NCBI GenBank assembly: GCA_017503005.1
Contig: JAFVTW010000017.1
Span: 32,853 to 96,852, forward strand
Source: Clostridia bacterium
GTDB taxonomy: Bacteria > Bacillota > Clostridia > Christensenellales > UBA1242
Direction: 5' to 3'
Length of the DNA stretch: 64,000 bases
Shown: piece by piece, positions 39,862 to 48,709 of the stretch
Layout of the letters: each line of letters begins with the position of its first letter
Position numbering within the stretch: the stretch's first letter is position 1
The notes under the pieces: model-generated
Seen by the model: only the letters and a program-made list of their open reading frames with translations
The model's database searches: none
What the model was told of the DNA's origin: nothing
Position numbers and translations under genes: made by a program

Positions 39862-40797
39862 ATGAAAACTAGAATCATTACAAGTGTATATTTGGTAGTA
39901 GCACTTATCGTAGCATTTGCTTCTAGAGTACTTACACCATATATTTTTGACTTGCTTATAGGTGCTATGGCTATAATGGGTGCTGTAGAAATGGGCAGGG
40001 TATTTGAGAGAAGTAAACAATACAACAATATTTATCTTGTAGGAACTTTTCCTGCAGTACTATATGTAGGTTTTGTGGTTGCTTTTACTAATTACTGGCA
40101 ATGGCAATACTATCTACTTTTAGTATTAGGTTTAATGGCTGTTTATTTTGTTATTTCCTTCTTAATTTCTGTTATTTTCAAAAAACATACAGAAAATGAA
40201 ATTTCAAAATATCAATCACCTGATAATGTATGTGTTTTTGCTCTAAAAAAGGCAATAAATACATCAATAATTGTTGTATATCCTACATTATTGTTTGCAA
40301 CAATGTTTTTACTAAATCATTTATTTGATTTGAGAATTAGTGAGAGATTGATTAATGCTCCATTTGATTACTATCTACTACTAACAGTGTTTATTGTTAC
40401 AATGTTTACAGATTCATTAGCATTGATTGTGGGTAGATTAGTAAAAGGGCCTAAATTGTGTCCTAGAATCAGCCCAAACAAAACTATTAGTGGTGCTATA
40501 GGTGGTTTGGCAGGTGGTGTATTAGGTGCATTTGTGGTGTATTGGATATTTACTATAAATGCTAATTTTGTAACAGTATTTAGTTCTGTTGCAAGTATTT
40601 GGACGGTTGTGCTATTTGGTTTGATTGGTTCTATAATCAGTCAATTAGGCGACCTGTTTGCTAGCTTTATAAAGCGCCGTGCTCGTGTTAAAGATTATGG
40701 TACATTGTTCCCAGGACATGGTGGAATTATGGACAGATTTGATGGTACGATTTTTAACTCAGCATTTGTTATGCTTTATATTTTGATTTTGTTGTAA
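39862..40797 (+). CDS. cdsA: Phosphatidate cytidylyltransferase
   Basis: KL.PRISPNKT..GAIGG, GDL..S.IKR...VKDYG...PGHGG..DRFD. Confidence 0.93.
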   Translation: MKTRIITSVYLVVALIVAFASRVLTPYIFDLLIGAMAIMGAVEMGRVFERSKQYNNIYLVGTFPAVLYVGFVVAFTNYWQWQYYLLLVLGLMAVYFVISFLISVIFKKHTENEISKYQSPDNVCVFALKKAINTSIIVVYPTLLFATMFLLNHLFDLRISERLINAPFDYYLLLTVFIVTMFTDSLALIVGRLVKGPKLCPRISPNKTISGAIGGLAGGVLGAFVVYWIFTINANFVTVFSSVASIWTVVLFGLIGSIISQLGDLFASFIKRRARVKDYGTLFPGHGGIMDRFDGTIFNSAFVMLYILILL

Positions 40798-40848
40798 TAA
40801 ATCACTTATTTAAATAATAAAATTTTATGAGAATATAAAAAGGAGTTC

Positions 40849-41916
40849 GTGTTGTATAGTAATTTATTAGGCATTTTTGATGGTGTGATAAAATTTGGTT
40901 ACATTTTAATAGCTATATTAATTTTGATGCTAATGATTACTATTCACGAATTTGGTCATTATTTAGCAGGTAAACTATTAAAGTTTAAAATTAACGAATT
41001 TTCTATCGGTTTTGGTAAGGCATTGTATACCAAAAAGAAAGAAAATGGCGAGATATTTTCTATAAGAGCTATTCCTTTAGGTGGTTATTGTGCATTTGAT
41101 GGTGAAGACACTCCTGATGAAAGTGCTGATTCATTCAATGCCCAAGCTCCATGGAAAAGATTGATTGTTTTGTTCTGCGGTGCATTCTTTAATTTCTTGT
41201 CTGCTATAATATTTAATATTGCATTGCTTGCAGTAATCGGTAATGGATATATCATGATTACCGATATAAAAGGTGTAAATAATGCTCCAGATAAATTGCA
41301 AAATGGTGACATTGTTACACATATAAATGGCGAAGAATTATCATTCTTTAATGGTGGAATAGGTGGTATTACTCAAGATATAAAAATAGGTGATGATATC
41401 ACTTTTACAATAAAGAGAAATGGTGAGATTCAAAAAGTTGTTGTTCAAAAATTTGCCGTTTTAGAAGATGGTAGCGAAGTAGGAAAACTAGGTGTTAATG
41501 GGCAAGCTTATGTAAGATTAAGTGTAGGTAATGCTATGCTAAAATCTGTACCATTTACATTTGAAATGTCGTGGGAAATTCTAGTAACATTCTTTGATTT
41601 GTTGACCGGTAAATATGGCATTGATGCTTTAGGTGGTCCTGTAACTACAATAGGTGCTATGGCTAATGCTGGTGCTACAAACTGGCTAAATTTGCTATTG
41701 TGGGTTCCTATGATAGCTGCTAATTTAGCAGTGTTTAACTTACTGCCTATTCCTGCTTTAGATGGTTCAAAAATGGTGTTTGTAGCTATAGAGTGGGTTA
41801 GAGGTAAACCTATAGATAGAGACTTAGAAAATAAAATCCATATGGTGGGTATTTTAGTATTGTTTGGTATTGTTATACTTGCAGATGGACTTCATATATT
41901 AGATTTTTTTAGATAA
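40849..41916 (+). CDS. rseP: Site-2 intramembrane metalloprotease RseP/RasP
   Basis: HEFGH, FSIGFG, PLGGY, PDZ-like middle, NLLPIPALDG. Confidence 0.95.
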   Translation: MLYSNLLGIFDGVIKFGYILIAILILMLMITIHEFGHYLAGKLLKFKINEFSIGFGKALYTKKKENGEIFSIRAIPLGGYCAFDGEDTPDESADSFNAQAPWKRLIVLFCGAFFNFLSAIIFNIALLAVIGNGYIMITDIKGVNNAPDKLQNGDIVTHINGEELSFFNGGIGGITQDIKIGDDITFTIKRNGEIQKVVVQKFAVLEDGSEVGKLGVNGQAYVRLSVGNAMLKSVPFTFEMSWEILVTFFDLLTGKYGIDALGGPVTTIGAMANAGATNWLNLLLWVPMIAANLAVFNLLPIPALDGSKMVFVAIEWVRGKPIDRDLENKIHMVGILVLFGIVILADGLHILDFFR

Positions 41917-41918
41917 AT

Positions 41919-43490
41919 ATGGATAAATTATTAGATTATTTAAAACTAAATGCTTCAAAGTTATTTGAATCAATAAAAATTGTTAATATTTCATACAACA
42001 AAGCCACTAATTCGTTAGTGGTTAAAGTTGTTTATTTGCCTGAATTTGATTTTAATCAAGATTGTAAAAATCAACTATGTGATTTGATAAATAAATTCCT
42101 TAGTTTGCCAGGACTTAAAATTGATATAAAATGCAAAAAGAGTATTGTTGACGACTCTGTGGCTAGAGAATTAGTTGAGTATTATTTAAACAAGTATTAT
42201 GCAAGTATTTTTACTACTATGCAAAAGAATGATTTGTCTTTTGATATAGCCGAAAATAATGTAAGAGTTAATATAAAAGTTGTTAATATTTTCAAGGATT
42301 ATTTACATAATAAAAACTTTGAAATTGACTTAAAAACATTTTTGGAAAAAACTTATTTTCAGTTGTTTGAAGTTAAACTTTATTCAAAGGAAGAGAGTAG
42401 TGGCTTTAGTGAAGAACTAGATGAATCTGCAAAACTATTTGAAGAAAAAGTGCAAAGTGATTTTGCAGAAATAGTTCCTGTTACATACGAATTGATTAAT
42501 TTGGAAGATTATCTGGGTGCTAAGACTGAAAATATTGCACTTGCTTCTACATCTCTTACTCCTAGTCACGAGAATATAACGGTAGCTGGTACTATCAGTT
42601 TTATTACAAAGAAAACTTTCATTTCTAAAAGAAAGAGTTCTAATGGTGAAGAAAAAGAGTATTTCAATTTTGTATTGAATGATAATTATGGTAAAGTAAA
42701 TTGTGTTTATTTTCCCCCAAAGGATTCTAAAGAAAAGTTTGAGGAGCTGACTGATGGTATGGTTATTGCTGTGGTTGGTGATGCAGAAGAATTTAATGGT
42801 AGAATGAATTTTAAGGTTAAAGGAATTGCAAAGTGTGAACTTCCAGAAAAGGAAGTTGTTGAGGTAGAGCAAAAATTTGAGAATGAAGAATATTTGTTTG
42901 TAAAACCTGAACCATATGTTAGTTTGGCTCAAGCAACTCTGTTTGATGTGGAAGTTGTAAATACAAATAAGTTTCTAAAAGAAAATGATTGTGTGGTATT
43001 TGATGTTGAGACCACTGGTCTAGATGCAAATACTTGTGAAATTATTGAATTTGGTGCAGTAAAGGTAAGAGATGGCAAAATGATAGAAACATTTAGTTGC
43101 TTGCTTAAACCGTCTGAACCTATTCCAGATGAAATTATAGAGTTGACCGGCATTACTAATGAAATGGTTGCAAACTGCTATGGCATTAAAGATGTTCTAC
43201 AAGATTTCTATAAATTTACTAGAGATTCGGTATTGGTTGCCTATAATATTGCATTTGACTATAAGTTTATTTATCTAGCAGGAGCAGCTCAAGGATACAA
43301 ATTTGACAACCAGCAAATTGATGCTATGGTTTTGGCTAAAAACAAACTAAAAGGTATAAAAAACTACAAATTAAAAACAGTTGCTACTGCATTAAATGTT
43401 TCTCTAGAAGGTGCACATAGAGCTGTAAACGATGCTATAGCGACAGCAGAAGTATTTGTGAAATTGGTTGATTCTGATACTGTGCTGTAA
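41919..43490 (+). CDS. PolC-derived protein: PolC N-terminal region, OB fold and DEDDh 3'-5' exonuclease; no PHP or polymerase domain
   Basis: Occupies the polC slot (rseP-X-rimP). OB-like stretch ITVAG.I...F.L.D..G...C..F....G..I.V.G. ExoI VVFDVETTG, ExoII VAYNIAFD, ExoIII HRAVNDA. Ends at 523 aa. Confidence 0.8.
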   Translation: MDKLLDYLKLNASKLFESIKIVNISYNKATNSLVVKVVYLPEFDFNQDCKNQLCDLINKFLSLPGLKIDIKCKKSIVDDSVARELVEYYLNKYYASIFTTMQKNDLSFDIAENNVRVNIKVVNIFKDYLHNKNFEIDLKTFLEKTYFQLFEVKLYSKEESSGFSEELDESAKLFEEKVQSDFAEIVPVTYELINLEDYLGAKTENIALASTSLTPSHENITVAGTISFITKKTFISKRKSSNGEEKEYFNFVLNDNYGKVNCVYFPPKDSKEKFEELTDGMVIAVVGDAEEFNGRMNFKVKGIAKCELPEKEVVEVEQKFENEEYLFVKPEPYVSLAQATLFDVEVVNTNKFLKENDCVVFDVETTGLDANTCEIIEFGAVKVRDGKMIETFSCLLKPSEPIPDEIIELTGITNEMVANCYGIKDVLQDFYKFTRDSVLVAYNIAFDYKFIYLAGAAQGYKFDNQQIDAMVLAKNKLKGIKNYKLKTVATALNVSLEGAHRAVNDAIATAEVFVKLVDSDTVL

Positions 43491-43570
43491 TAGATGGCTT
43501 TTTATGTGAAATTTTGAGAGCTATAAAATTTAAATTTTGGCTTGTATTAGCATATTTTTTATGATAATAC

Positions 43571-43599
43571 TTGAAATATGTGTATATGTATGATATACT
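43571..43599 (+). promoter_or_regulatory. SigA promoter of rimP-nusA-infB
   Basis: TTGAAA, 17 bp, TG-n-TATACT. Confidence 0.7.
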
Positions 43600-43622
43600 T
43601 ATAATGCTAATAATAACTATGC

Positions 43623-43651
43623 TAGGAGTGGGATAAGAAATCCCACTCCTA
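43623..43651 (+). ncRNA. rimP leader hairpin
   Basis: TAGGAGTGGGAT-aagaa-ATCCCACTCCTA; the GAGUGGG/CCCACUC stem is typical upstream of rimP in Firmicutes. Confidence 0.7.
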
Positions 43652-43667
43652 TTATTTAGGAGAGAAT

Positions 43668-44144
43668 ATGAACGGAAAGAAGGTAGTTACTGCTGTAAAA
43701 GAAATGGCAGGACAAATTGTTAGCGAATTAGGATATGTGCTTGTAGATGTTGAGTACAAGAAGCAAGTAAGTGGTATGGTTCTAGAGTTGTTTATAGATT
43801 CTAGCAATGGTATTACACTTGAAGATTGTGAAAAGGTATCTCGTGCACTTGATCAGCCATTAGATGAATTGAATCCAACAGCAGATGTTCCTTATTCGTT
43901 AAACATATCATCATTAGGTCTAGATAGACCATTAACAACAGAATATCAATTTCAAAAATACAAAGGTGAAGATGTAGAGTTGAAATTTTATCAACCATTA
44001 GCACCATTCAATAGAAAATTGATAGAATCCAAACTATTAGACTGGAATGATGAAAGTGTTACAGTTTTGGTAAATCCAGAAAATGAAACAGTTACAATAC
44101 AAAAAAAGATAATTGCACAAATTGTGCCAGTTATAAAATTTTAA
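43668..44144 (+). CDS. rimP: Ribosome maturation factor RimP
   Basis: L.DVEY.K, L..FID...GITLEDCE.VSR, Y.L..SS.GLDRPL. Confidence 0.93.
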   Translation: MNGKKVVTAVKEMAGQIVSELGYVLVDVEYKKQVSGMVLELFIDSSNGITLEDCEKVSRALDQPLDELNPTADVPYSLNISSLGLDRPLTTEYQFQKYKGEDVELKFYQPLAPFNRKLIESKLLDWNDESVTVLVNPENETVTIQKKIIAQIVPVIKF

Positions 44145-44156
44145 GGAGAAAATATA

Positions 44157-45290
44157 ATGATTAATAAAGATTTCTTTCAAGCATTAGACGATTTAGAAGT
44201 TCAAAAGGGAATTAACAAAGAGTTTTTTATGGCTGCACTAGAAGCAGCTTTGACAAGTGCATATAAGAAAAACTTTGGTGAAGCAAAAAGTGCTGCTGTT
44301 AAACTTAACCCTGAAAAACACAGTATCAAAATTTATTCTTACAAGACTGTAGTTGAAGAAGTGCTAGATCCAGACAAGGAAATGTCTTTAGCTGAAGCTA
44401 AGGCTATCAAGAAAAGTCATAAAGTTGGTGATGTTGTTCAACAAGAAGAAACACCTAAGAACTTTGGTAGAATAGCTGCTCAAACTGCAAAACAAGTTGT
44501 TATGCAAAGATTGAGAGAAGCAGAAAGAGAAAAAATTATGGGTGAAGTAAACACTAAACAAGATGAACTTTTGACCGGTGTAGTTAGAAGAGTTGAAGGT
44601 GAAAATGTTTATGTTGATTTAGGTATTACACAAGTAGAAGGTGTATTAGGACCTAAAGACAGAATCCCTGGCGAAAGATATACTATCAATAGTAGAGTAA
44701 AAGTATATGTAAAACAAATCAAAGAATCTTTCAATATGCCATATGTTCAATTAACAAGAACAAATCCTGGTTTTGTTAAAAAATTATTCGAAATCGAAGT
44801 TCCAGAAATTCAAACTGGTGAAGTTGAAATTAAGAGCATTGTTAGAGAAGCTGGTTATAGAACAAAAATTGCTGTTACATCATCTAATCCAAATTTAGAT
44901 TGTATAGGTGCTTGTGTTGGTAACAAAGGTATGAGAGTAAATGCAATCGTTAACGAATTAAATGGTGAAAAGATTGATATCGTTCCTTGGAGCGAAAACC
45001 CTGCTGAATTTATAGCTGCAGCTTTAAGTCCAGCAACCGTACTACATGTAAGTACAAATCTATTAGAAAAAACCAGTTTGGCTGTAGTTCCTGATGATAA
45101 ATTATCATTAGCTATAGGTAAGAGTGGTCAAAATGTAAGATTAGCTGCTAAACTTACAAACTGGAAAATCGATGTTAAGGCAAAATCTGCTGTTCCTTCA
45201 TTAAATTTAGATACCGAAGAAGATGAACAAAAAGGAAACGAATTTGGTAACCTATTTGATGATGAAGATGCTTTTGGCGATTTAAATTAA
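44157..45290 (+). CDS. nusA: Transcription termination factor NusA
   Basis: FGRIAAQTAKQV, FE.EVPEI, REAG.RTK.AV, LSLAIGK.GQN.RLAA.LT.WKID. Confidence 0.97.
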   Translation: MINKDFFQALDDLEVQKGINKEFFMAALEAALTSAYKKNFGEAKSAAVKLNPEKHSIKIYSYKTVVEEVLDPDKEMSLAEAKAIKKSHKVGDVVQQEETPKNFGRIAAQTAKQVVMQRLREAEREKIMGEVNTKQDELLTGVVRRVEGENVYVDLGITQVEGVLGPKDRIPGERYTINSRVKVYVKQIKESFNMPYVQLTRTNPGFVKKLFEIEVPEIQTGEVEIKSIVREAGYRTKIAVTSSNPNLDCIGACVGNKGMRVNAIVNELNGEKIDIVPWSENPAEFIAAALSPATVLHVSTNLLEKTSLAVVPDDKLSLAIGKSGQNVRLAAKLTNWKIDVKAKSAVPSLNLDTEEDEQKGNEFGNLFDDEDAFGDLN

Positions 45291-45308
45291 TTTTTGGGTG
45301 AATTAATT

Positions 45309-45581
45309 ATGAGCGAAAAGAAACAACCAACAAGAACATGTATCGCATGTCGTAAACAAAATGATAAAAGAAATTTAGTTCGTATCGTAAAATCCGAAAC
45401 AGACATTAGGCTAGATTTTTCTGGTAGAATGAATGGTAGAGGAGCATATATTTGTAATGACATTGCTTGTGTAGAAAAGTGCATTAAGTCAAAAGCTTTA
45501 AATAGAGCATTTTCTTGCAATGTAGAAGCGGGTGTTTACGATAAGTTGAAGGAGGATTTCCTTGCAGGAAACAATCAATAA
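45309..45581 (+). CDS. ylxR: YlxR/RnpM family protein
   Basis: P.RTC..CR...K..L.RIV, GRGAY.C, L.RAF. Confidence 0.92.
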   Translation: MSEKKQPTRTCIACRKQNDKRNLVRIVKSETDIRLDFSGRMNGRGAYICNDIACVEKCIKSKALNRAFSCNVEAGVYDKLKEDFLAGNNQ

Positions 45582-45867
45582 ATTAAAATCATATTTTGGA
45601 TTTTCTATCAAAAGCAATTCAATATTGTTTGGTTCTGATAATATTATCAAGACTAGAAAAAATCTTGATGTCGTGATTTTTTGTAGTACTGCTACTGACA
45701 AACATATTTATCCTATACAAAACAAAGGGGTAAAATGTGTAAAACTAAAAAGTATTTTGTTGAGCGAATTAGTTGGAAGAGATAATGTTAAAGTTGTTGG
45801 TATAAAAAATTTAGGATTATCAAAGGCGATACTTTCGTTTAAAGATATGTTTGAGACATTAGAGTAA
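45562..45867 (+). CDS. Divergent L7Ae/YlxQ-family RNA-binding protein
   Basis: Position between ylxR and infB; G...K......G and L...VG......V.I...G.S..I pattern. Confidence 0.65.
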   Translation: MQETINKLKSYFGFSIKSNSILFGSDNIIKTRKNLDVVIFCSTATDKHIYPIQNKGVKCVKLKSILLSELVGRDNVKVVGIKNLGLSKAILSFKDMFETLE

Positions 45868-45881
45868 AAGAGGTATTATAA

Positions 45882-48335
45882 TTGGAAAATAAAAAACAAC
45901 AAACAAATAAACCCGTTGTGGATTTCACAAACTTAAAATCTTTGAATCAATTAATTTCTGGAAATGAAATTAATAGTTTTGCTGTGGGATTAAAAAAGGC
46001 TAAACAAACTTTAGATGCTTATTGTAAGCAGCTAAAAGAGGTTTATGCTAAAAAGAAAGAGGAAAAGCCAGTTGCAAAAGCTGTACCTAAGGTTGAAGAA
46101 AAAGTTGTAGAAACAACTAAAGTTGTTGAGACAACACAACAACCTAAGAAAACTTTTGAAAACAAGCAAACCTTTAACAAAAACACAGCAGAAAAGAAAC
46201 CATTCAATCGTAACAATGATGGTGGTCAACCAGATAAGAAGTTTAATCAAAACAACGGTGATAAAAAACAATTCAATAAAGATTTCAACAAACCTCAACA
46301 ATCAAGAGGACAACAAGCAAATTCTTCTACTCCAAAGGCATTAGGTCCTAAGAGTACATTTGTGCCTCGTGGTGAAGTTATTAGTTTTGTACCTAAAGCT
46401 GACAACAAGAGAGACAAAGACAAATCTAAAAAGAACTTTGATACAGAGAAAAAAGGACTTAATATCAAAGCTAAGATTAGAATGGGTGTTGTTGAATTTG
46501 ATGATGATGACAATGAAGATAGAATTGGCAGAGTAAGAGTAAAAAACAAAAAACAAGCTAAGACTGTAGCACCAGAAAAGGTTGAGATTACAAATGCTGT
46601 AATTACTACTGACAACCTAACTGTTAAAATTTTATCAGAAAAAATCGGTAAACCTGTTGCTGAGCTTGTTAAGAAGTTTATGCTTTTGGGTATGATGTTG
46701 AATGTTAATAGTTCTATTGACTTTGCTACAGCAGAGCTAGTTGCTAGTGAATTTGGTATTACACTTGAAAGAAATGTAGGTAAGACAGCTGAGCAAACAT
46801 TGCTTGAAAGCTTTGATAATGTAGATGAATCTGCTATGACAAGTCGTCCGCCTATTGTAACAGTAATGGGTCATGTAGACCATGGTAAAACATCATTACT
46901 AGATGCTATCAAGAAAACAAATGTTATCAATTCTGAAGCCGGTGGTATTACACAACATATTGGTGCTTATTCTGTAAATGTAAACGATAGAAAGATTACA
47001 TTTATCGACACACCTGGTCACGAAGCTTTTACTGCTATGAGAGCTCGTGGTGCTCAAGTAACTGATATTGCTGTTTTGGTAGTTGCTGCTAACGATGGTA
47101 TAATGCCTCAAACAGTTGAAGCTATCAACCATATCAAAGCTGCAAAAGTTCCTATGATTGTTGCTATCAACAAAATTGATGTTCCAGAAGCAAATATTGA
47201 TAGAGTTAAACAACAGTTGACAGAACATGAAGTTGTCCCAGAAGAATGGGGTGGAGATGTAATCTGTGTTCCTATTTCTGCAAAAAGAGGTATGAATATT
47301 GACAAATTACTTGAAATGATATTGCTTGTGGCAGATGTAGAAGATCTAAAAGCTAATTATAATACTCCTGCAGAAGGTACCGTAGTAGAAAGTAAGGTTG
47401 ATAAAGGTAGAGGTATTGTGGCTACAATTATCATCAAGAATGGTACTTTGAAAGTTGGTGATTATGTATTGTGTGGCCTAAGTTGTGGCCGTGTAAGAGC
47501 TATGATGGATTATACAGGTAAGAATGTTCAAAAGGCAGAGCCAAGTATGGCTGTATCTGTAGTAGGTCTAAACCAAGTGCCTGATGCTGGCGAACAAGCT
47601 TATGTTGTAGACGAAAAATTAGCAAAAGAAATTCTTTACGAAAGACAAACAAAACTACAACAAGAAAAAGCAAAACAAAATAATGCTATGTCTTTAGAAG
47701 ATTTCTTGCAACAATCTGCAGATAGTGAAATGAAGGTTTTAAATATTATTGTTAAAGCCGATGTTCAAGGTAGTGTAGAGGCTGTTAAACAAACTCTAGA
47801 AAAGGTAAGAAATGACGAAGCGAGAGTACACTGTATTCATAGTGGTGTAGGTAGTATTACAGAAAGTGATGTTGTATTAGCAAAAGCAAGTAATGCTATC
47901 ATTATAGGTTTCAATATTAAACCAGAAACAAAAGCTAAAACATTAGCAGAAAGAAACTCTGTAGAAATTAAATTATATAGAGTTATTTATGAAGCTTTAG
48001 ATGAAGTTACAAGAATTATTACAGGTATGCAAGCACCTAAATTCGAAGAGAATGTAATAGGACATGTAGAGATTAGAAGAGTATTTAAAGTAAGTGCTTT
48101 GGGTAACATTGCTGGTTGTTATGTTCTAGATGGTGTTGTAAATCGTAATGCTACAGTAAGAGTACTTAGAGACAAGGAAGAAATTGGTAAAACCACAATC
48201 GAATCATTACAACAAAGCAAAGATGATGCTAAACAAGTAAAAGAAGGCTTTGAGTGTGGTATTAAACTAAAGGGCTTTAATGATATCAAAGAAGGCGATA
48301 TAATTGAAGTTTACGAAGAAGTTCAAATTAATTAG
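45882..48335 (+). CDS. infB: Translation initiation factor IF-2
   Basis: RPP.VTVMGHVDHGKT, GGITQHIGAY, DTPGHEAF, NKID, KADVQGS.EA, ECGI. Confidence 0.98.
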   Translation: MENKKQQTNKPVVDFTNLKSLNQLISGNEINSFAVGLKKAKQTLDAYCKQLKEVYAKKKEEKPVAKAVPKVEEKVVETTKVVETTQQPKKTFENKQTFNKNTAEKKPFNRNNDGGQPDKKFNQNNGDKKQFNKDFNKPQQSRGQQANSSTPKALGPKSTFVPRGEVISFVPKADNKRDKDKSKKNFDTEKKGLNIKAKIRMGVVEFDDDDNEDRIGRVRVKNKKQAKTVAPEKVEITNAVITTDNLTVKILSEKIGKPVAELVKKFMLLGMMLNVNSSIDFATAELVASEFGITLERNVGKTAEQTLLESFDNVDESAMTSRPPIVTVMGHVDHGKTSLLDAIKKTNVINSEAGGITQHIGAYSVNVNDRKITFIDTPGHEAFTAMRARGAQVTDIAVLVVAANDGIMPQTVEAINHIKAAKVPMIVAINKIDVPEANIDRVKQQLTEHEVVPEEWGGDVICVPISAKRGMNIDKLLEMILLVADVEDLKANYNTPAEGTVVESKVDKGRGIVATIIIKNGTLKVGDYVLCGLSCGRVRAMMDYTGKNVQKAEPSMAVSVVGLNQVPDAGEQAYVVDEKLAKEILYERQTKLQQEKAKQNNAMSLEDFLQQSADSEMKVLNIIVKADVQGSVEAVKQTLEKVRNDEARVHCIHSGVGSITESDVVLAKASNAIIIGFNIKPETKAKTLAERNSVEIKLYRVIYEALDEVTRIITGMQAPKFEENVIGHVEIRRVFKVSALGNIAGCYVLDGVVNRNATVRVLRDKEEIGKTTIESLQQSKDDAKQVKEGFECGIKLKGFNDIKEGDIIEVYEEVQIN

Positions 48336-48343
48336 GAGTAATT

Positions 48344-48709
48344 ATGAGAATTTTAAAAATAAATTCTGAAATAGAAAAAGCTATCAGTGAAATACTAACA
48401 TATGAGCTAAAGAATCCTGCTATTACAGGAATTATTTCAGTTACAAAAGTAGATACAACAAACGACTTAGAATACTGTAAAGTATATGTTAGTATTTTTA
48501 CACCTGGTGGTGACAAAGAAGAAGTGTTTAACCAAATTAAACATTCTGCTGGTTTTATTCGTCGTGAGTTGTGTAAAAAGGTACAACTTAGAAAAGTTCC
48601 ATTTTTAACATTTTATCTAGATGATAGCTATACTTATGGCGAAAAAATCGAAGATAAAATTGAAGAGATTCAAAAATCAAGAAAGGAAAACGAAAATGGA
48701 AATCAATAA
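48344..48709 (+). CDS. rbfA: Ribosome-binding factor A
   Basis: SVT.V....DL...KVYVS, GFIR.....LRKVP.L.F..D.S. Confidence 0.92.
   Translation: MRILKINSEIEKAISEILTYELKNPAITGIISVTKVDTTNDLEYCKVYVSIFTPGGDKEEVFNQIKHSAGFIRRELCKKVQLRKVPFLTFYLDDSYTYGEKIEDKIEEIQKSRKENENGNQ

Noticed and set aside
43491-43667. Remainder of polC hidden by a frameshift
   Set aside because: Only 177 bp separate the stop from rimP, and they hold a promoter and the rimP leader. There is no room or coding signal for PHP or polymerase domains.
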